Below, piece after piece: positions 28,150-42,853 of a stretch of 64,000 nt of DNA (position 1 is the first letter of the stretch; every line of letters begins with the position of its first letter). The notes below the pieces were generated by a model. It was not told where the DNA came from. It searched no databases and was given only the letters and a program-made list of their open reading frames with translations. The DNA comes from the human T2T-CHM13v2.0 reference genome, Homo sapiens, in assembly GCF_009914755.1 (NCBI RefSeq), contig NC_060928.1; one strand, written 5' to 3'. Position numbers and translations under genes: made by a program.

Positions 28150-31100
28150 TGAGGAAAATGGTGAGAAGGAGGCAGGATTAACTTGCAGCTCCCACTTGGA
28201 TGGACAGAGCAGCGTGTGGAGACTCACATCAAAAACTTTTGCTCCAAGAACTGCCACACAAACATATCAGGAAAGCCGAGAGAATCCTCAGAGCCTTTGA
28301 AAGTAGCAGCTTGCCTTTGAGGGCTGTGAGACCACCGCAAAACTGTGAGTGCCCAAAGTGTGAGGCGGGAATGTCCGCCCTGAACACACAACCTCACTGA
28401 GGAATCTGAAGGTCCAGACCACGAAAAAAGGATCAGACCTTACCTGGAGCTGAGATGAATGTAGAGACCCAAGCGAAACATAGGAGTAGAGGAGGCAGCG
28501 GGAAGAGCCCGTGGACACCCTCGGTCCCCAGGGAAGCCGTTCTGACTCTGTCTCGCAGGGATCTTTGGGGAGGGCTGATAGTGGAATTGGGGAAAGACCA
28601 CAGGGAGAAGGAAACTCCCAGATAAACTTTGTAACAATTTTGAGCAACTTGAAATTTCCTGGACAGAATCTGGTGATGGGGGGAGCCAGGAGTGCAGATC
28701 CCAGCACAGAAGCTGTGGCAGGCGGGGAGGCCGGAAACACGGAAGCCCTGCTTGCTTTCTCAGGGAAGGGGCTGGTGGCCTGGGACAAGTTCTTAGCCCT
28801 GCTCCCCGGCTGCCTGGAAATAAACACAGTGCTGTTGGCGGGGCATGGTGGGAAGGAGACTGGCCTCGCAGGCTGCATGGGAGCTGGGTGAGGCCTGTCA
28901 CTGGCAGCTTTCCCCCACTTCCCTGGGGACCTGTACAAAGCAGCAGAGGCAGCCATAATCCCCCTCGGAACATAACTCCACTGGCCTGAGAACTATACCC
29001 CAACTCCCACAGCAGCCACAGCAAGCACTGCCCAGGGAGATTCTGACTCAGACATGTCTACCTGTACCCCGCAGCTGATGGTCTTTCTCTTCCCACCCTC
29101 GTAGCTGGAGACAAGACAAAGAACATAATCTCTTGGGAGCTGTATGGCCCTGCCCACCACCTGAAAAACCTGAATACTTATCCAGACAAGCTTAGGGCAA
29201 GCTGGTATCCTCCCCCTCCTACTTCAGCTGATGCTGTCTGGAAAGTGCCCGCTCCTAGTCTGAGGCCCGGACGACAAAAACCAGCACACTAGACAAAACT
29301 ACAGCCACCGGCCCTCACAGAGTCCACTTTGCTTCCTTGCTACCTCTACTGGAGCAGGTGCTAGTATCCAAGCCGACAAAATTCCAGCACACTAGACAAA
29401 ACTACAGCCAATGGCCCTCACAGAGTCCACTTTGCTTCCTCGCTACCTCCACTGGAGCAGGTGCTGGTATCCATGGCTGAGAAACCTGAAGACAGGTCAC
29501 ATCACAGAACTCTTTGCAGACAACCTCCAGAACCAGCCTGGAGCCTGGCAGCTCTGCTGGGTAGTTAAACCCAGAAGAGAAATAACAATCACTGCAGTTT
29601 GGCTCTCAGGAAGCCCCATCCCTAGGGGAAAAGGAGAGAGCTCCATATCAAGAGCGCACCCTGGGGGACAAAAGAATCTGATCAGCTGCCCTTGAGCCCC
29701 AGATCTTCCCTCTGACATAGTCTACCTAAATAAGAAGAAACCAGAAAAACGATTCTGGTAATATGACAAAACAAGATTCTTTAACTCCTCCATTAGATCA
29801 TACCAGCAATGGATCCAAACTCAGACAAAATCTCTGAATTGTGAGAAAAAGAATTCAGAAGGTTGATTATTAAGCTAATGAAGGAGGCACCAGAGAAAGG
29901 TGAAGTCCAGCTTCAAGAAATCAAAAAAATGAGACACGATATGAATGGAAATATCTCCAGTGAAATAGACAGCATAAAAACAATCACAACTTCTGTAAAT
30001 GAAGAACACACTTGGAGAAATGCAAAATGCACTGTAAACTCTTGAACAAGTAGAAGAAAGACTTCAGAGCTTGAAGACAAGGTTTTCAAGCTAACCCAAT
30101 CTGAAAAAGATAAATAAAAAGAAAATGAACAAAGCCTCCAAGAAGTTTGGGATTATGTTAAACAACTAAACTTAAAAATAATTGGTGTTCCCAAGGAAGA
30201 AGAGAAATCTGCAAATTTGGAAAACATGTTTGAAGGAATAATTGAGGAAAACCTCTCAGCCTTGCTAGAGATGTAGACATTCAAATCCAAGAAGCTCAAA
30301 GAACACCCAGGAAATTCATGACAAAAAGATCATCACCTAGGCACATCGTCATCAGGTTATCCAAAGTCAAGACCAAGGAAAGAATCTTAAGAGCTGTGAG
30401 ACAAAAGCATCAGGTATCTTATAAAGGAAAACCTATCAGATTAACAGCAGATTTCTCAGCAGAAACCCTACAAGCTAGTAGGAACTGGTGCCTATCTTCA
30501 GCCTCCATAAACAAAACAATTACCAGCCAAGAGTTTTGTATCTAGTGAAACGAAACTTTATAAATAAAAAAAGATAGTCTTTTTCAGACAAACAAATGCT
30601 GAGACAATTTGCCACTACTAAGCCAGCACTACAAGAACTGCTAAAAGGAGCTCTAAATCTTGAAACAAATTCTCAAAATACACCAAAATAGAACCTCCCT
30701 AAAGCATAAATCTAAAAGGACCTATAAAACAGTAATACAATGAAAAATAAGCACGATATTGAGGCAACAACTAGCACGATGAATAGAATAGTATCTCACA
30801 TCTCGACACTAATGTTTAATGTAAATGGCCTAAATGCTCCACTTAAAAATGCTCCATTTAACAACAACAACAAAAAAAAACAGAATTGCAGAACAGATAA
30901 GAATTCACCAACCAAATATCTGCTGTATTCAAGAGAATCAACTAACACATAAGGACTCACATAAACTTAAGGTAAATGGGTGGAAAAAGATATTCCATGC
31001 AAATGGACACCAAAAGCGAGCAGGAATAGCTATTCTTACATCAGACAAAACAAACTTTAAAGCAATAGCACTTCAAAAGACAAACAGGGACATTATATAA

Positions 31101-34100
31101 TGATAAAAAGCCTTGTCCAACAGGAAAATATCACAATATCACAATCCTAAATATATATGCACCTTACACTGGAGCTTCCAAATTTATAAAACAATTACTA
31201 CTACACCTAAGAAATGAGATAAACAGCAACACAATAATAGTTGGGGACTTCAATACTCCACTGACAGCACTAGACAGGTCATCAAGACAGAAAGTCATCA
31301 ACAACGAAACAATGGACTTAAACTATACCCTAGAACAAATGAACTTAACAGATATTTAGAGAACATTCTACTCAACAACTGCAGAATATACACAGTACTC
31401 ATCCATTTTCCAAGAGAAAACACATAATAGGCCACAAAACAAGTCTCAATAAATTTAAGAAAATCAAAATTACTCTCTCAGACCACAGTGGAATAAAATT
31501 GGAAATCAACTCCAAAACGAACCATCAAAACCATGTAAATACATACAAATTAAATAATCTGCTCCCACATGGTCATTGGGTCAACAATGAAATCAAGATG
31601 AAAATTAAACATTTCTTTGGACTGAATGATAATAGAGATAACAACCTATCAAAACTTCTGGGATATGGAAAAAGGAGTGCTAAGAGGAAAGTTCAAAGCA
31701 TTAAGAGCCTTCATCAAAAAGCTCAAAAGAGCACAAATAAACAATCATAGGTCACACCTCAAGAAACTAGAGAAATAATGAACCAAACCCAAACCCAGCA
31801 GAAGAAAAAAATAACAAAGATCAGAGCAGAACTAAAGAAAATTAAAACAAACAAACAAAAAATACAAAAGATAAATAAAATGAAAGGCTGATTCTTTGAA
31901 AAGATGAACAAAATTGATAGACCATTGGTGAGATTAACCAAGAAAAAAAGAGAGAAGATCCACGTAAGCTCAATTAGAAAGAAAATAGGAGATATTACAA
32001 ACAATACCACAGAAATCATTTAAGGCTGGATGATCATTTAAGGGTACTATGAACACTTTTATGCATACAAATGAGAAAAACTAGAGAAGAAGGAAAAATT
32101 CCTGGAAATATGCAACCCTCCTAGATTAAACCAGGAAGGAATAGAAACTCCGAACAGACCAATAACAAGCAGCAAGATTAAAATGGTAATAAAAAAAATT
32201 ATGAAGGAAAAAAAAGTCCAGGACCAGACGGATTTATAGCTGAATTGTATCAGGCATTCATAGAAGAGTTGGTACCAATCCTATTGACACTATTCCAAAA
32301 GATTGAAAAGGAGGGAATCCTCCCTAAATCGTTCTGTGAAACCAGTATCACCCTAACACCAAAACCAAGAGTGACATAACAAAAAAGAGAACTACAGACC
32401 AATATCCCTAATGAACAGAGATTCAAAAACCCTCAACCAAATGCTAGTTAACTGAATCCAACAGCATATCAAAAAGATAATCCACCATGATCAAGTGGGT
32501 TTCATATGAGGGATATTGGGATGGTTTAATATACAAAAGTCAATAAATGTGATACATCACATAAACAAAATTAAAAATAAAAATCAAATTATCATTTCAA
32601 TGGATACAAAAAAAGCATTTGACAAAATCCGGCATCCCTTTATGAATAAATCCCTCAGCAAAATTGGCATAGAAAGGACATACCTCAAGATAATAAAATC
32701 CATCTATGACAAACACACAGCCAATATTATACTGAACGGTGAAAAGTTGGAAGCATTCCCCTTGAGAAACGGAACAAGACAAGGATGCCCACTTTCTCAA
32801 CTTTTATTCAATGTAGTAATGAAAGTCCTAGCCAGAGCAATCAGACAAGAGAAGGAAATAAAGGGCATCCAAATTAGTGAAGACGAAGTCAAACTGTTGC
32901 TGTGTTGTTGTTCACTGATAAAATGATTGTATACCTAGAAAACCCTAAACACTCCTCCTAAAAGCTCCTAGAACTGACAAATGAATTCAGAAAAGTTTCA
33001 AGATACAAAATTAATACACACAAATCAGTAGCACTGTTATATACCAAAACAAATAAAAAAACTCAACTCCTTTTACAATAGCTGCAAAAAATAAAAATAA
33101 AAATGCAGAAATATATCTAACCAAGAAGGTGACAAACCTCTACAAGGAAAACTACAAAACATTGTTGAAAGAAATCACAGATGACACAAACAAATAGAAA
33201 CACATCCCATGCTCATGGATGGGTAGAATCAATATTGTGAAAATGATCATACTGCCAAAAGCAATCTACAAATTCAATGCAATTCCCATCAAAATACAAC
33301 CATCATTCTTCACAGAGCTAGAAAAACAATCCTAAAATTAATGTGGAATGAAAAAAGAGCCCACATAGTCAAAGCAAGACTAAGCAAAAAGAACAAATCT
33401 GGAGGCATCACACTACCTGACTTCCAAGAGTACTATAAGGCCATAGTCAGCAAAAAGCATGGTACCGGTATAAAAATAGGCACATAGACCAATGGAACAG
33501 AACAGAAAACCCTGAAATAAAGCCAAATACAACAACTGATCTTTGACAAAGCAAACAAAAACATACAGCGGGGAAAGGACACACTAGTCAACAAATGGTG
33601 CTGGGATAATTGGCAGCCACATGTAGAATGAAACTGGATCCTCATCTCTCACCGTATACAAATATCAACTCAACATGGATTAAATACCTAAATCTAAGAT
33701 GTGAAACCATAAAAATTTGAGAAGCTAATATCGGAAAACCCTTCTAAACATTGTCATGGGCAAAGACTTCATCACCAAAAACCCAAAAGCAAATGCAACA
33801 AAAACAAGGATGAATAAATGGCACTTAAACTAAAAAGCTTCTACACAGCAAAGTAAATAATCAGCAGAGTAAACAAACAACCCACGAAGTGGGAGAAAAT
33901 ATTTGCAAACTATACTTCTGATAAAGGACTAATACCTCATCAAAAAGTGGGCTAAGGACATGAACAGGCAATTCTCAAAACAGGATGTACAATTGGCTAA
34001 CAAACATATACAAAATCCTCAACATCTCGGCTGCACGTGGTGGCTCAGGCCTGTAAACCCAGCACTTTGGGAGGCCGAGGCGGGCAGATCACGAGGTCAG

Positions 34101-35120
34101 GAGATCGAGACCATCCTGGCTAACACGGTGAAATCTCGTCTCTACTAAAAACACAAAAAATTAGCCAGGCGTGGTGGCGGGCGCCTGTAGTCCCAGCTAC
34201 TCAGGAGGCTGAGGCAGGAGAATGGCGGGAACCCCGGGAGGCGGAGCTTGCAGTGAGCCGAGATCGCGCCACTGCACTCCAGCCTGGGCGACAGAGTGAG
34301 ACTCTGTCTCAACAAAAAAAAAAAGCTCAACGTCTCTAATTATCAGGGAAATACAAATCAAAACCACAATGAGATACCACCTTACTTCTGCAAGAATGGC
34401 CTTAATCAAAAAATAAAAAAGTAATAAATGTTGGTATGGATATGGTGAAAGGGGAACACTTCTACGCTGCTGCTGGGAATGTAAACTAGTACAGCCACTA
34501 TGGAAAACAGTATGGAGATTCCTTCAAGCACTAAAAGTAGATCTACCATTTCTTCCAGCAATCCCACTATTGGGTATGTACCCAGAGGAAAGAAGCCATT
34601 ATACAAAAAAAGGTACTTGTACACACATGTTTATAGCAGCAGAATTCACATTGCAAAAATATGGAACCAGCCCAAATGCCCATCAGTCAACAACTGGATA
34701 AAGAAAATATGGTGTGTATATATCATGGAATACTACTCAGCCATAAAAAGAAACAAAATAATGGCATTCGCAACAACCTGGACGGAATTGGAGACCATTA
34801 TTCTGGGTGAAGTAACTCAGGAATGGGAAAGGAAACATCGTATGTTCTCACTCATAAGTGGGAGCTAAGCTATCAGGACACAAAGGCATACTAGTGATAC
34901 AATGGACTTTGAGGACTTGAGGGAAACGGTGGGAGAGGGGTGAGGGATTAAGGAGTACACACCGGGTACAGTGTACACTGCTCAGGTGATGAGGGCACCA
35001 AAATCTCGGAAATCACCACTAAAGAACTTATCCATGTAACCAAACACCGCTTGTTCCCCCAATACCTATTGAAATAATAATATAATAATAATAATAATAA
35101 ACAAAAGCAAACAAACAAAT
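28150..35120 (+). mobile_element. near-full-length decayed LINE-1, L1PB (PB1/PB2-like)
   Basis: L1PB-type 5'UTR; ORF1 remnants (SPRHIVIRLSKVKTKERIL); ORF2 EN (TLMFNVNGLNAP) and RT (GTRQGCPLS) remnants; 3'UTR gcaccaaaatctc...aaatcaccactaaagaactta; A-rich tail; many stops and frameshifts. Confidence 0.93.
34029..34324 (+). mobile_element. AluY inserted in L1 ORF2
   Basis: gagatcgagaccatcctggctaacacgg diagnostic; TSD ctcaacatctc/ctcaacgtctc. Confidence 0.96.
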
Positions 35121-35722
35121 AGTACCTCAGTTTCTGCCTCATGGATAGGGATTGTCAGAAGTCATCTATTTTAGAACATATCCTAATTTTAGAACTGTTA
35201 AAATATGAAAAACTAAGCATCATAGAACTGAAAGAAAATAGTAGGGTTGCTATGTAGATTTATGTGAGTTAAAACAACCAAACACCTCAGCACAGCGGCT
35301 GGCCCAGTGTCATCACACACCAACTATGATCAGTTACTCTTACTCCCAGCTAATCTAGCACAGGCTCATGAGCTCCAGTTGGTTACTTAATTTACAGAAA
35401 TTCTACTCCACAACTCTTGTATTTTTGACTCCTTAAAATGAAGTTAAGTGCTTTTTATAAAAAAAAAATGTTAAATGCTTAATAAATCTCTCCAGTCAAG
35501 GATTTCTGTTTTCTTGATTAAACCAATGGTTCTTTGAAAAAGAAGTCTAGGGAGCATCAGCAGCAGTGTTCTAACAAGCCCCACTGAAGGTGTCCGTAGA
35601 ATTATTATGGCACTCATGAAAGTGTGGATTTTATAAAGACAGAATTGCCCAGCCTTTCCCTAATGTGATCTACAGACCAACCTGTGGAAAAATGAAACAG
35701 ATTTACTCTACAGTAATGCTAA

Positions 35723-36094
<372 letters not shown>

Positions 36095-36358
36095 ACTTTG
36101 TTTTTCACATACTGAGAAGAGACGATGCATTCCCATGAGACATCTTCCACACCCAAGAGCAGAAAGGACAGCCTTCAGGCTGGTGGCTGAGGTTCACTTC
36201 TATTTATAACAGCATTTTAAACAACATAAGCTTATGGTTTCATAAAACTAGAAGAATATACCTGAAAATAGATTTCTGAAGTTTGATTTCACTTCATAAA
36301 TTCACCTTCCATTGACGCTCCAGTGCATTTCAATCCACATCGCTGCAACGATGAAGGA

Positions 36359-36377
36359 GCGCTGCCATCTGCAGGCG
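36359..36377 (-). promoter_or_regulatory. strong CTCF core motif match
   Basis: minus strand GCCTGCAGATGGCAGCGC in a small CpG-rich patch. Confidence 0.6.
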
Positions 36378-37062
36378 CAGACCGACTAGAGCAACAGCTC
36401 AAAACCTAAAATACCCGCGTGTCCAGAATTTAAATGAGAAATATTTTGTTAAAACAGTATCTTAGCAAAGGGAAATAGCTTATAACGGAACAATCTTTTA
36501 GAGGCAAAGCTTTCGTCTGTTGCTTTACTCTCTTATTAAATCATTTATCCAAAATATGTGAGACCAATGAGGTATGTTTATTTATGCATAATATGCTGAA
36601 GTTTCAAAACACTGATTTCCCACAGGGTAGGAAACCATGTAGAAATAATATGTGTGGCTTTCTGGTTTGTTTTCTAAGAGCAGCACACTGAAATGTAAAA
36701 GCAACTGTGTTTGTACAATAAACAGGAGTCTTCTTTCTCTCCTAAGATAGCAAAGAAAGGAAAAAGGTATTATTGCTAAAAGAAAATACACAAAGTAAGA
36801 ATCCAATACTAACCCTCTACTAAAGTATTTCCTTATTTATAAAAAAGAAATGGTTCCCATGCATTTCTCACAAATGCATGTTTTCAGTGGATCAGCAAGA
36901 TGTCCAAACAAGAAATACCATCCTGTGGAAAAGCTGTGCCTATGGTATTTCTGACGTACCAATGCCAAAAAGTGGCTTTGGCCTGATTCCTCTTTCCTAT
37001 GATCTCAGGTTGTATTTCCAGATAAAAGAGATTCAGTTACATTTGGAAGTGAGAAGAAATAC

Positions 37063-37171
37063 CTGGAATTTATCCCCCCCAACTCTCACTGCGGCATTCT
37101 TTGGTCTTAGTCCAGGTATCCAATTCCACTTTCCTGCTCTTGGACCCTGTTGATCCGGGAAGAGGGTGGGC
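37063..37171 (-). ncRNA. candidate 109-nt minus-strand exon
   Basis: long poly-T tract + gttcTAG acceptor; donor CAG|GTATTT. Confidence 0.35.
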
Positions 37172-37904
37172 CTAGAACAAAAAAAAAAAAAAAAAAGATT
37201 TGGTAAAAACTGAGTGGATGGAAGAGCTGAGGCACACATTACCTCTTAGAACAATAGAAATGATTTCTTCAATAATTGTTTTGATAACAGGGCGGCCTGT
37301 CCACGCATTCATCTCAGTGAAGTTTTCCCTGATAGCCTGTTTTAAATTGATCATAGTTTTTCTTCATGATGCACATCCTGCCCTTTCCTTCCTCAGTATC
37401 ACTCACAGAGCTAAAGTATATCCATGTCTCAAATATTAAAAAGCATGAACCAAGAGTTCTAAAATGATAAATTATGTGTCAGTGCAGCAAATGTATCGCT
37501 AGGCTCAAAAAACCCTATGAATGAATTAAATTTCTAACAATGCCTACTGTTTATTAGAAGCTTTACACCAAGGCTAATCAGTATTTCTGTAAATATATGA
37601 TAGACAGGAGGGTTACTAATTACATTTTTCAGAAAGAGAATCAAGGTTGCATGATCAAGTCTATTTGTGGCATTTGACTCCACGTCAGCTTTGAGGGCAG
37701 ATACAGGGTAAATCTAGGCATGATCGCTGTTCACTGTCAGTGACTCCCTGGGAGAAAAGACAATCTGGGAGGGAAAACAACCAAGAGATGATTCTGATAG
37801 CATGAGTTTCTTAACTGCATTTAGACACTGATGCTTCCAATTCATATTTCTTCCGGAAATCCTATGGTTGTGAAGCAATCTATCACATTATGTTTTCTTT
37901 CCAA

Positions 37905-39640
37905 TTTGTATTTTTTAAATTTAACTTTTATTTTAAGGTCAGGAGGACATGCGGAGGTTTGTTTCATAGGCAAACTTGTGTCATGGGAGGTTGTTGTACA
38001 GATTATTTCAGCACCCAGGTATTAAGCCTAGTACCCACTAGTTATTTTTCCTGGTACTCTCCCTCCGCACCCTCCACCCTCTGATAGGCTCCAGTATCTG
38101 TTGTTTGTCTCCTTGGGTCCATGAGTTCTCACCATTGATCTTCCACTTGTAATTGAGAATAGGCAGTATTTAGTTTTCTGTTCTTGCATTAGTTTGCTGA
38201 GGATAATGGCCTCCAGCTCCATCCATGTTCCTGCAAAGGAGATGATCTCATTCTTTTTCATGGCTGCATAGTATTCCATGGTGTATATGTAACACATTTA
38301 TTTTATCAATTCTAGCATTAATGAACATTTAGGTTGATTCCATGTCTTTGCTATTGTGAATAGTGTTACAATGAACATATGTGTGCATGTGTCTTTATTA
38401 TAGAATGATGTGTATTACTTTGAGTGTATACCCAATAATGGGATTGTTAGGTCAAATGTTAGTTCTGTTTTTAAGTCTTTGAGGAATCACCTTTATCTTC
38501 CACAATGGTTAAACTAATTTATACCCCCATCAACAGTGTATAAGCATTCCTTTTTCTCTGCAATGTCACCAGCTTCTGTTATATTTGACTTTTTAATAAT
38601 AGCATATTAGTCTGTTCTCTCACTGCTATAAAGAACTACCTAAGACTGGGTAATTTATGAGGAAAAGAGATTTAATTGGCTAATGATTCCACCAGCTGCA
38701 CAGGAAGCCTGGCTGGGAAGGCCTCAGGAAACTTACAATCATGGTGGAAGGCGAAGGGGAAGCAGACACACCTTCACCTGGTGAAGCTGGAGAGAGAGAG
38801 AGTGAAGGGGGAAGTGATACAAACAACCAGATCTCATGAGAACTCACTCACTGTCATGAGAACAGGGAGGAGGAGTCCACCCCCATGATCCAATCACCTC
38901 CCACCAGGCCCCTCCCCCAACACTGAGGGTTACAACTTGCCATGAGATTTAGGTGGGGACACAGAGCCAAACCATATCAAACAGCCATTCTGACTGGTGT
39001 TAAATGGTATCTCATTGTGGTTTTGATTTGCATGACTCTCATGATTGGTGATTTTGAGCTTATTTTCATATGATTGTTGGCCATATATATGCCTCCTTTT
39101 GAAAAGTGTCAGTTCATGTCCTTTGCTCACTTTTTAATGGAGTTGCTGGGGGGTGTTTTTTGTAAATTTGTTTAAGTTCCTTATAAATGCCAGATATTAG
39201 GTTTTTATCAGAGGCATATTTTACAAAATTTTTCTTCCATTCTGTAGGATGTCTGCTCACTATGTTCATAGTTTCCTTTGCTGTGCAGAAGCTAACAAGT
39301 TTAATTAAATCCCACTTGTCATTTTTGCTTTTGTTGCAATTGCTTTTAGTGTCTTTGTCATGAAATCTTTGCCCATTCCTATGTCCAAAATGGTATTGCC
39401 TAGGTTGTCTTCCAGTGTTTTTATACTTTTGGGTTTTATTTTTAAGTCTTTCATCCATCTTGAGTTAATTTTTGCATATGGTATAAGGAAGGGGTCTAGT
39501 TTCAATCTTTTGCATATGACTACCCAGTTATCCCAGCATGATTTATTGAATAGGGAATTTTTCCCCCATTGCTTGTTTCTGTCAGCTTTGTTGAAGATCA
39601 TAGTTGTAGGTGTGCAGCCTTATTTCTGGGTTCTCTATCA
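37905..39640 (-). mobile_element. 5'-truncated older L1PA (PA13-16-like), interrupted by MSTA
   Basis: antisense 3'UTR (cacccaggtattaagcctagtaccc) and ORF2 C-terminal remnants. Confidence 0.88.
38603..38979 (-). mobile_element. MSTA-like MaLR solo LTR nested in L1
   Basis: tattagtctgttctc...gacacagagccaaaccatatca; TSD aatag/aacag. Confidence 0.88.
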
Positions 39641-41740
39641 TATTATTTCAAAATCTTCTTGATTCTCTCTTTTCTGCCCACAGCAGGACATAAGAAATAG
39701 AACTTCCTTTATGTCATTTTTCATATTTCCTCCTTGAATCAAAATTTGCTCCCCAAGTATTCAAGATTACTTAAGACAGAGAATTTGTACTAATTTATAA
39801 AGTACTGTACAAACCATCAGAAGAGAAACATTTTTGAGTATCTATTATGTGCAGCTATTTTATAAGAACTGTCACTCCTACTTGATGAATTAGGACACAG
39901 ATTACTATGCAGACTCAGTAGCTTGATCATGATCAGTCGCCTGGTATGTGAAAAGCAGGGATCCAAGCCCAAGTTTGGCTATGCCCTTTGCATTCATTAT
40001 ATTTCACTTACAAGTGGAGAGCCAGAGTTGGGCTGCAGAAACTGTAAACCTATAAGATCCACTGGCTTAACCAACTGCTAGCTTCTGTTCTACCATTACT
40101 TAAACCTCACTGGACAATCTACAATCAGACTTGCACTTGGATATAGAAAGATTTTATCTACTCTTAGGGAGAATACACAGTATATACCTATTGCCTAAAA
40201 TTATAAAAATAAAATTATTTTCAAGGCCTTCGAACTTGAAAATAAATCAAAGGCATCATGGGTAAGAGTTATCTTTAGTACACTGATAGTTCAAATCAGT
40301 GTGCAGTCTATACTGTAAAATTAAAAATATAGAGGGTATAATTGCATAAAAATTAGTACATATCCCTTTCATTTAAATATTGCTAAACAAGTCAAATTGC
40401 CTTTTATTTAATCAATGAACCAAAATGATTTGAAATAGCAATATCATAAAGCTTTGCTGAGCAAGTGTTAAATCCATTTTTTCCAAAGCAATAAGCATAC
40501 ACACTTGGCTTTTTGTCATACATAACAAACGGTCGAATTTGAGCATCATGCCTGGACTTGTATGAGCAACCTCAAACCACACTTGAATAGAACGTCATAG
40601 TTAGAACTGGTGCAGGCAACGCATGTTTCAAAATACATGAGACATCAAAAGGAACCACCATCCCCATGCACAAGCCAGCTTGACCCATAACATTGGCTTT
40701 GATTTTGTAGGTGGGAGAGAGAAAGTAGGTGGGGCAGGATTTTTGTGTTGTTGTTTACTAAAACAATTTATAGACTTTAAAAACTAGTATATTTAAATTG
40801 ATTTTAGAATATTAGAAAAAGCAGAAGAAAGCAAACAGTTTCTGAAAGTATAATCGTCATGTATGTAATTTTCATAATAACACAAATGTGATGCTATTGG
40901 ACAAAGTATTAAATATTAACATGCAACCACCTCATTGTAAGCAATTTAATTCAGTTCATTTGGCAACAAAACTACCTTGAGTATATGTTCAATAATGGTG
41001 CAGAAATGAAGTGACTGCCATTTTTAGAAGTGAAAATGTTTGTGCAACCCAAATATTTGCTCTGAACTGTAAACTATAATAATGGAAACACCAAACTTCC
41101 AGAGTCCCAGCATGTGCAACGCTTCCAGGCTCAGCATAAAGCAGATCTGTAGTGGAGACTGATATATATTTGCTGGCCTATTACGTAAGGAGCAATAGGT
41201 AAAAGAATGTACGCTGTGCTTTTCAAAAGCATGGTGTAAAATCCCAAACATGAATCATTTATAGAGTATCAAAACGAGAACCTCAAAGAAGTAGTTGATG
41301 CTTGAATCGTATTTGAACAACCATATTTCTAAGTAACATGTAATTCAAGTCCTGTCATGTCTCAGAATTAATAGCCCAGATTCTTAATTCTTAGCGAGGT
41401 TGACAAATTATTCTTTCTTATGGCACCAGTCACACTTGATCATAAGTAGCATCTCTACCCATAACTCTCGTTCCGTCAAATTGAGCCTAAGTTTATTTGT
41501 CTAACACAAAAGGCCAAAAGGTCTACAATGTGCAATGAATCAATGTTCTTCATTAATGAGTAAAACGTTTCATGGGTGGAAAATGATTCTCCAGCTTCCA
41601 AATGGCTTGAAACAAATACAAAGCCATGGTTGCTAAGCTACTATTTTACTTCCAGAGTAAATGTCTGCTGTCTAATCTTTTAGAAGCAGCAGTAAGTTGT
41701 TTTCAAGTCATTGAGCCAAAGGCATTGAAATGTGAAAGAT

Positions 41741-41921
41741 TATATATATACATATATATATATTTCCCCCAAAATACTACATGTGGCTTTATAAGGATGC
41801 AGGATTATGTTAAAAGAGATTTTTTTCAATATATGCAATAAACAGCTTCTCTTTTGAAACTACTGAAGAATAAAATCCCATAATATCACATATATCATTT
41901 TGGTTCATTGATTAAATAAAA

Positions 41922-41952
<31 letters not shown>
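41741..41952. repeat. (TA)n tract interrupted by two locally copied segments
   Basis: 41765-41890 ~ 42167-42291 (direct); 41894-41923 = reverse complement of 40400-40429. Confidence 0.92.
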
Positions 41953-41954
<2 letters not shown>

Positions 41955-42304
41955 CTTTCCTGTCATCATGATACCTATTTTTTTAAACCTTCTTAACTTG
42001 AGAAACTATCAAGAAAGTAAGGCATATTTCAGATAGTAGCTCTTATCAATGAAATAAAACATCTCAAAGCATGATGTAAGCAAAGCCTAAAGATCCTTTA
42101 TGAAGGAAGATCAGTCTCTGAGAAGTAAATCCATGCTCTATCTTCCTTCACTGGAACAAACTCCACTCCCCCAAAATACTACCTGTGGCTTTATAAGGAT
42201 GCAGGATTATGTTAAAAGAGATTTTTTCAATATATGCAATAAACAGCTTCTCTTTTGAAACTACTGAAGAATAAAATCCCATAATATCACAAGCTTAAAA
42301 TTAT

Positions 42305-42392
42305 ATAAATATCTATCTATCTACTATCTATCTCTCTCTATATCTACTATCTAGCTAGCTAGCTAGCTACACACACACACACACACACACAC
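42305..42392. repeat. compound microsatellite (CTAT)n(CTAG)n(CA)n
   Basis: direct reading. Confidence 0.9.
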
Positions 42393-42592
42393 AATGCCAT
42401 TTATTTTGACAGTATATTTGAAAAAAAAGTTGAAAACAAGACAATTACAGAGTTGTGTAGGTAATTGTGGAAATGTGTTTTGAAGTCCTTACTGAATATC
42501 TCTCTTAAATTGTCAGACTTCCTGCTTGGATTGAAGTGCTGTCAAGATGTGTGTTAACGGTTGCATCTCTCACTTGAATTCCCGAGCTTTAC

Positions 42593-42853
42593 CTCACAAC
42601 AGCAGTGCACAACCCTGGCACAGTTCTGTGGCTGCTGACTTTATGAAGGGTGATAAAGCATATAAAGCATTCTCCGCCCTCCCATCTGTCGGGCACAGCA
42701 CAAAGCTGGAGACGATTGTGGAAAATTGAGTCTTGAGAGTATCTTCCTCTTGCAGGCCTCAGATCGCTCAGGGCCTACAATCATATTACACTTGATCCAA
42801 CCGGACCAACTCTCAACATGCACAGAATGTAATTTCAGTTCTTAAGTGCTTTC
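42593..42853 (-). ncRNA. candidate 261-nt minus-strand exon
   Basis: CTCAT branch + ttttcttcttgatcttcttcttgtcgCAG acceptor; donor GAG|GTAAAG. Confidence 0.4.

Noticed and set aside
28288-29024. 222-aa and 194-aa antisense ORFs
   Set aside because: Lie within the GC-rich L1PB 5'UTR; no recognisable domain
29760-34868. L1 ORF1/ORF2 as active or domesticated genes
   Set aside because: Fragmented by many stops, frameshifts, deletions and an AluY insertion
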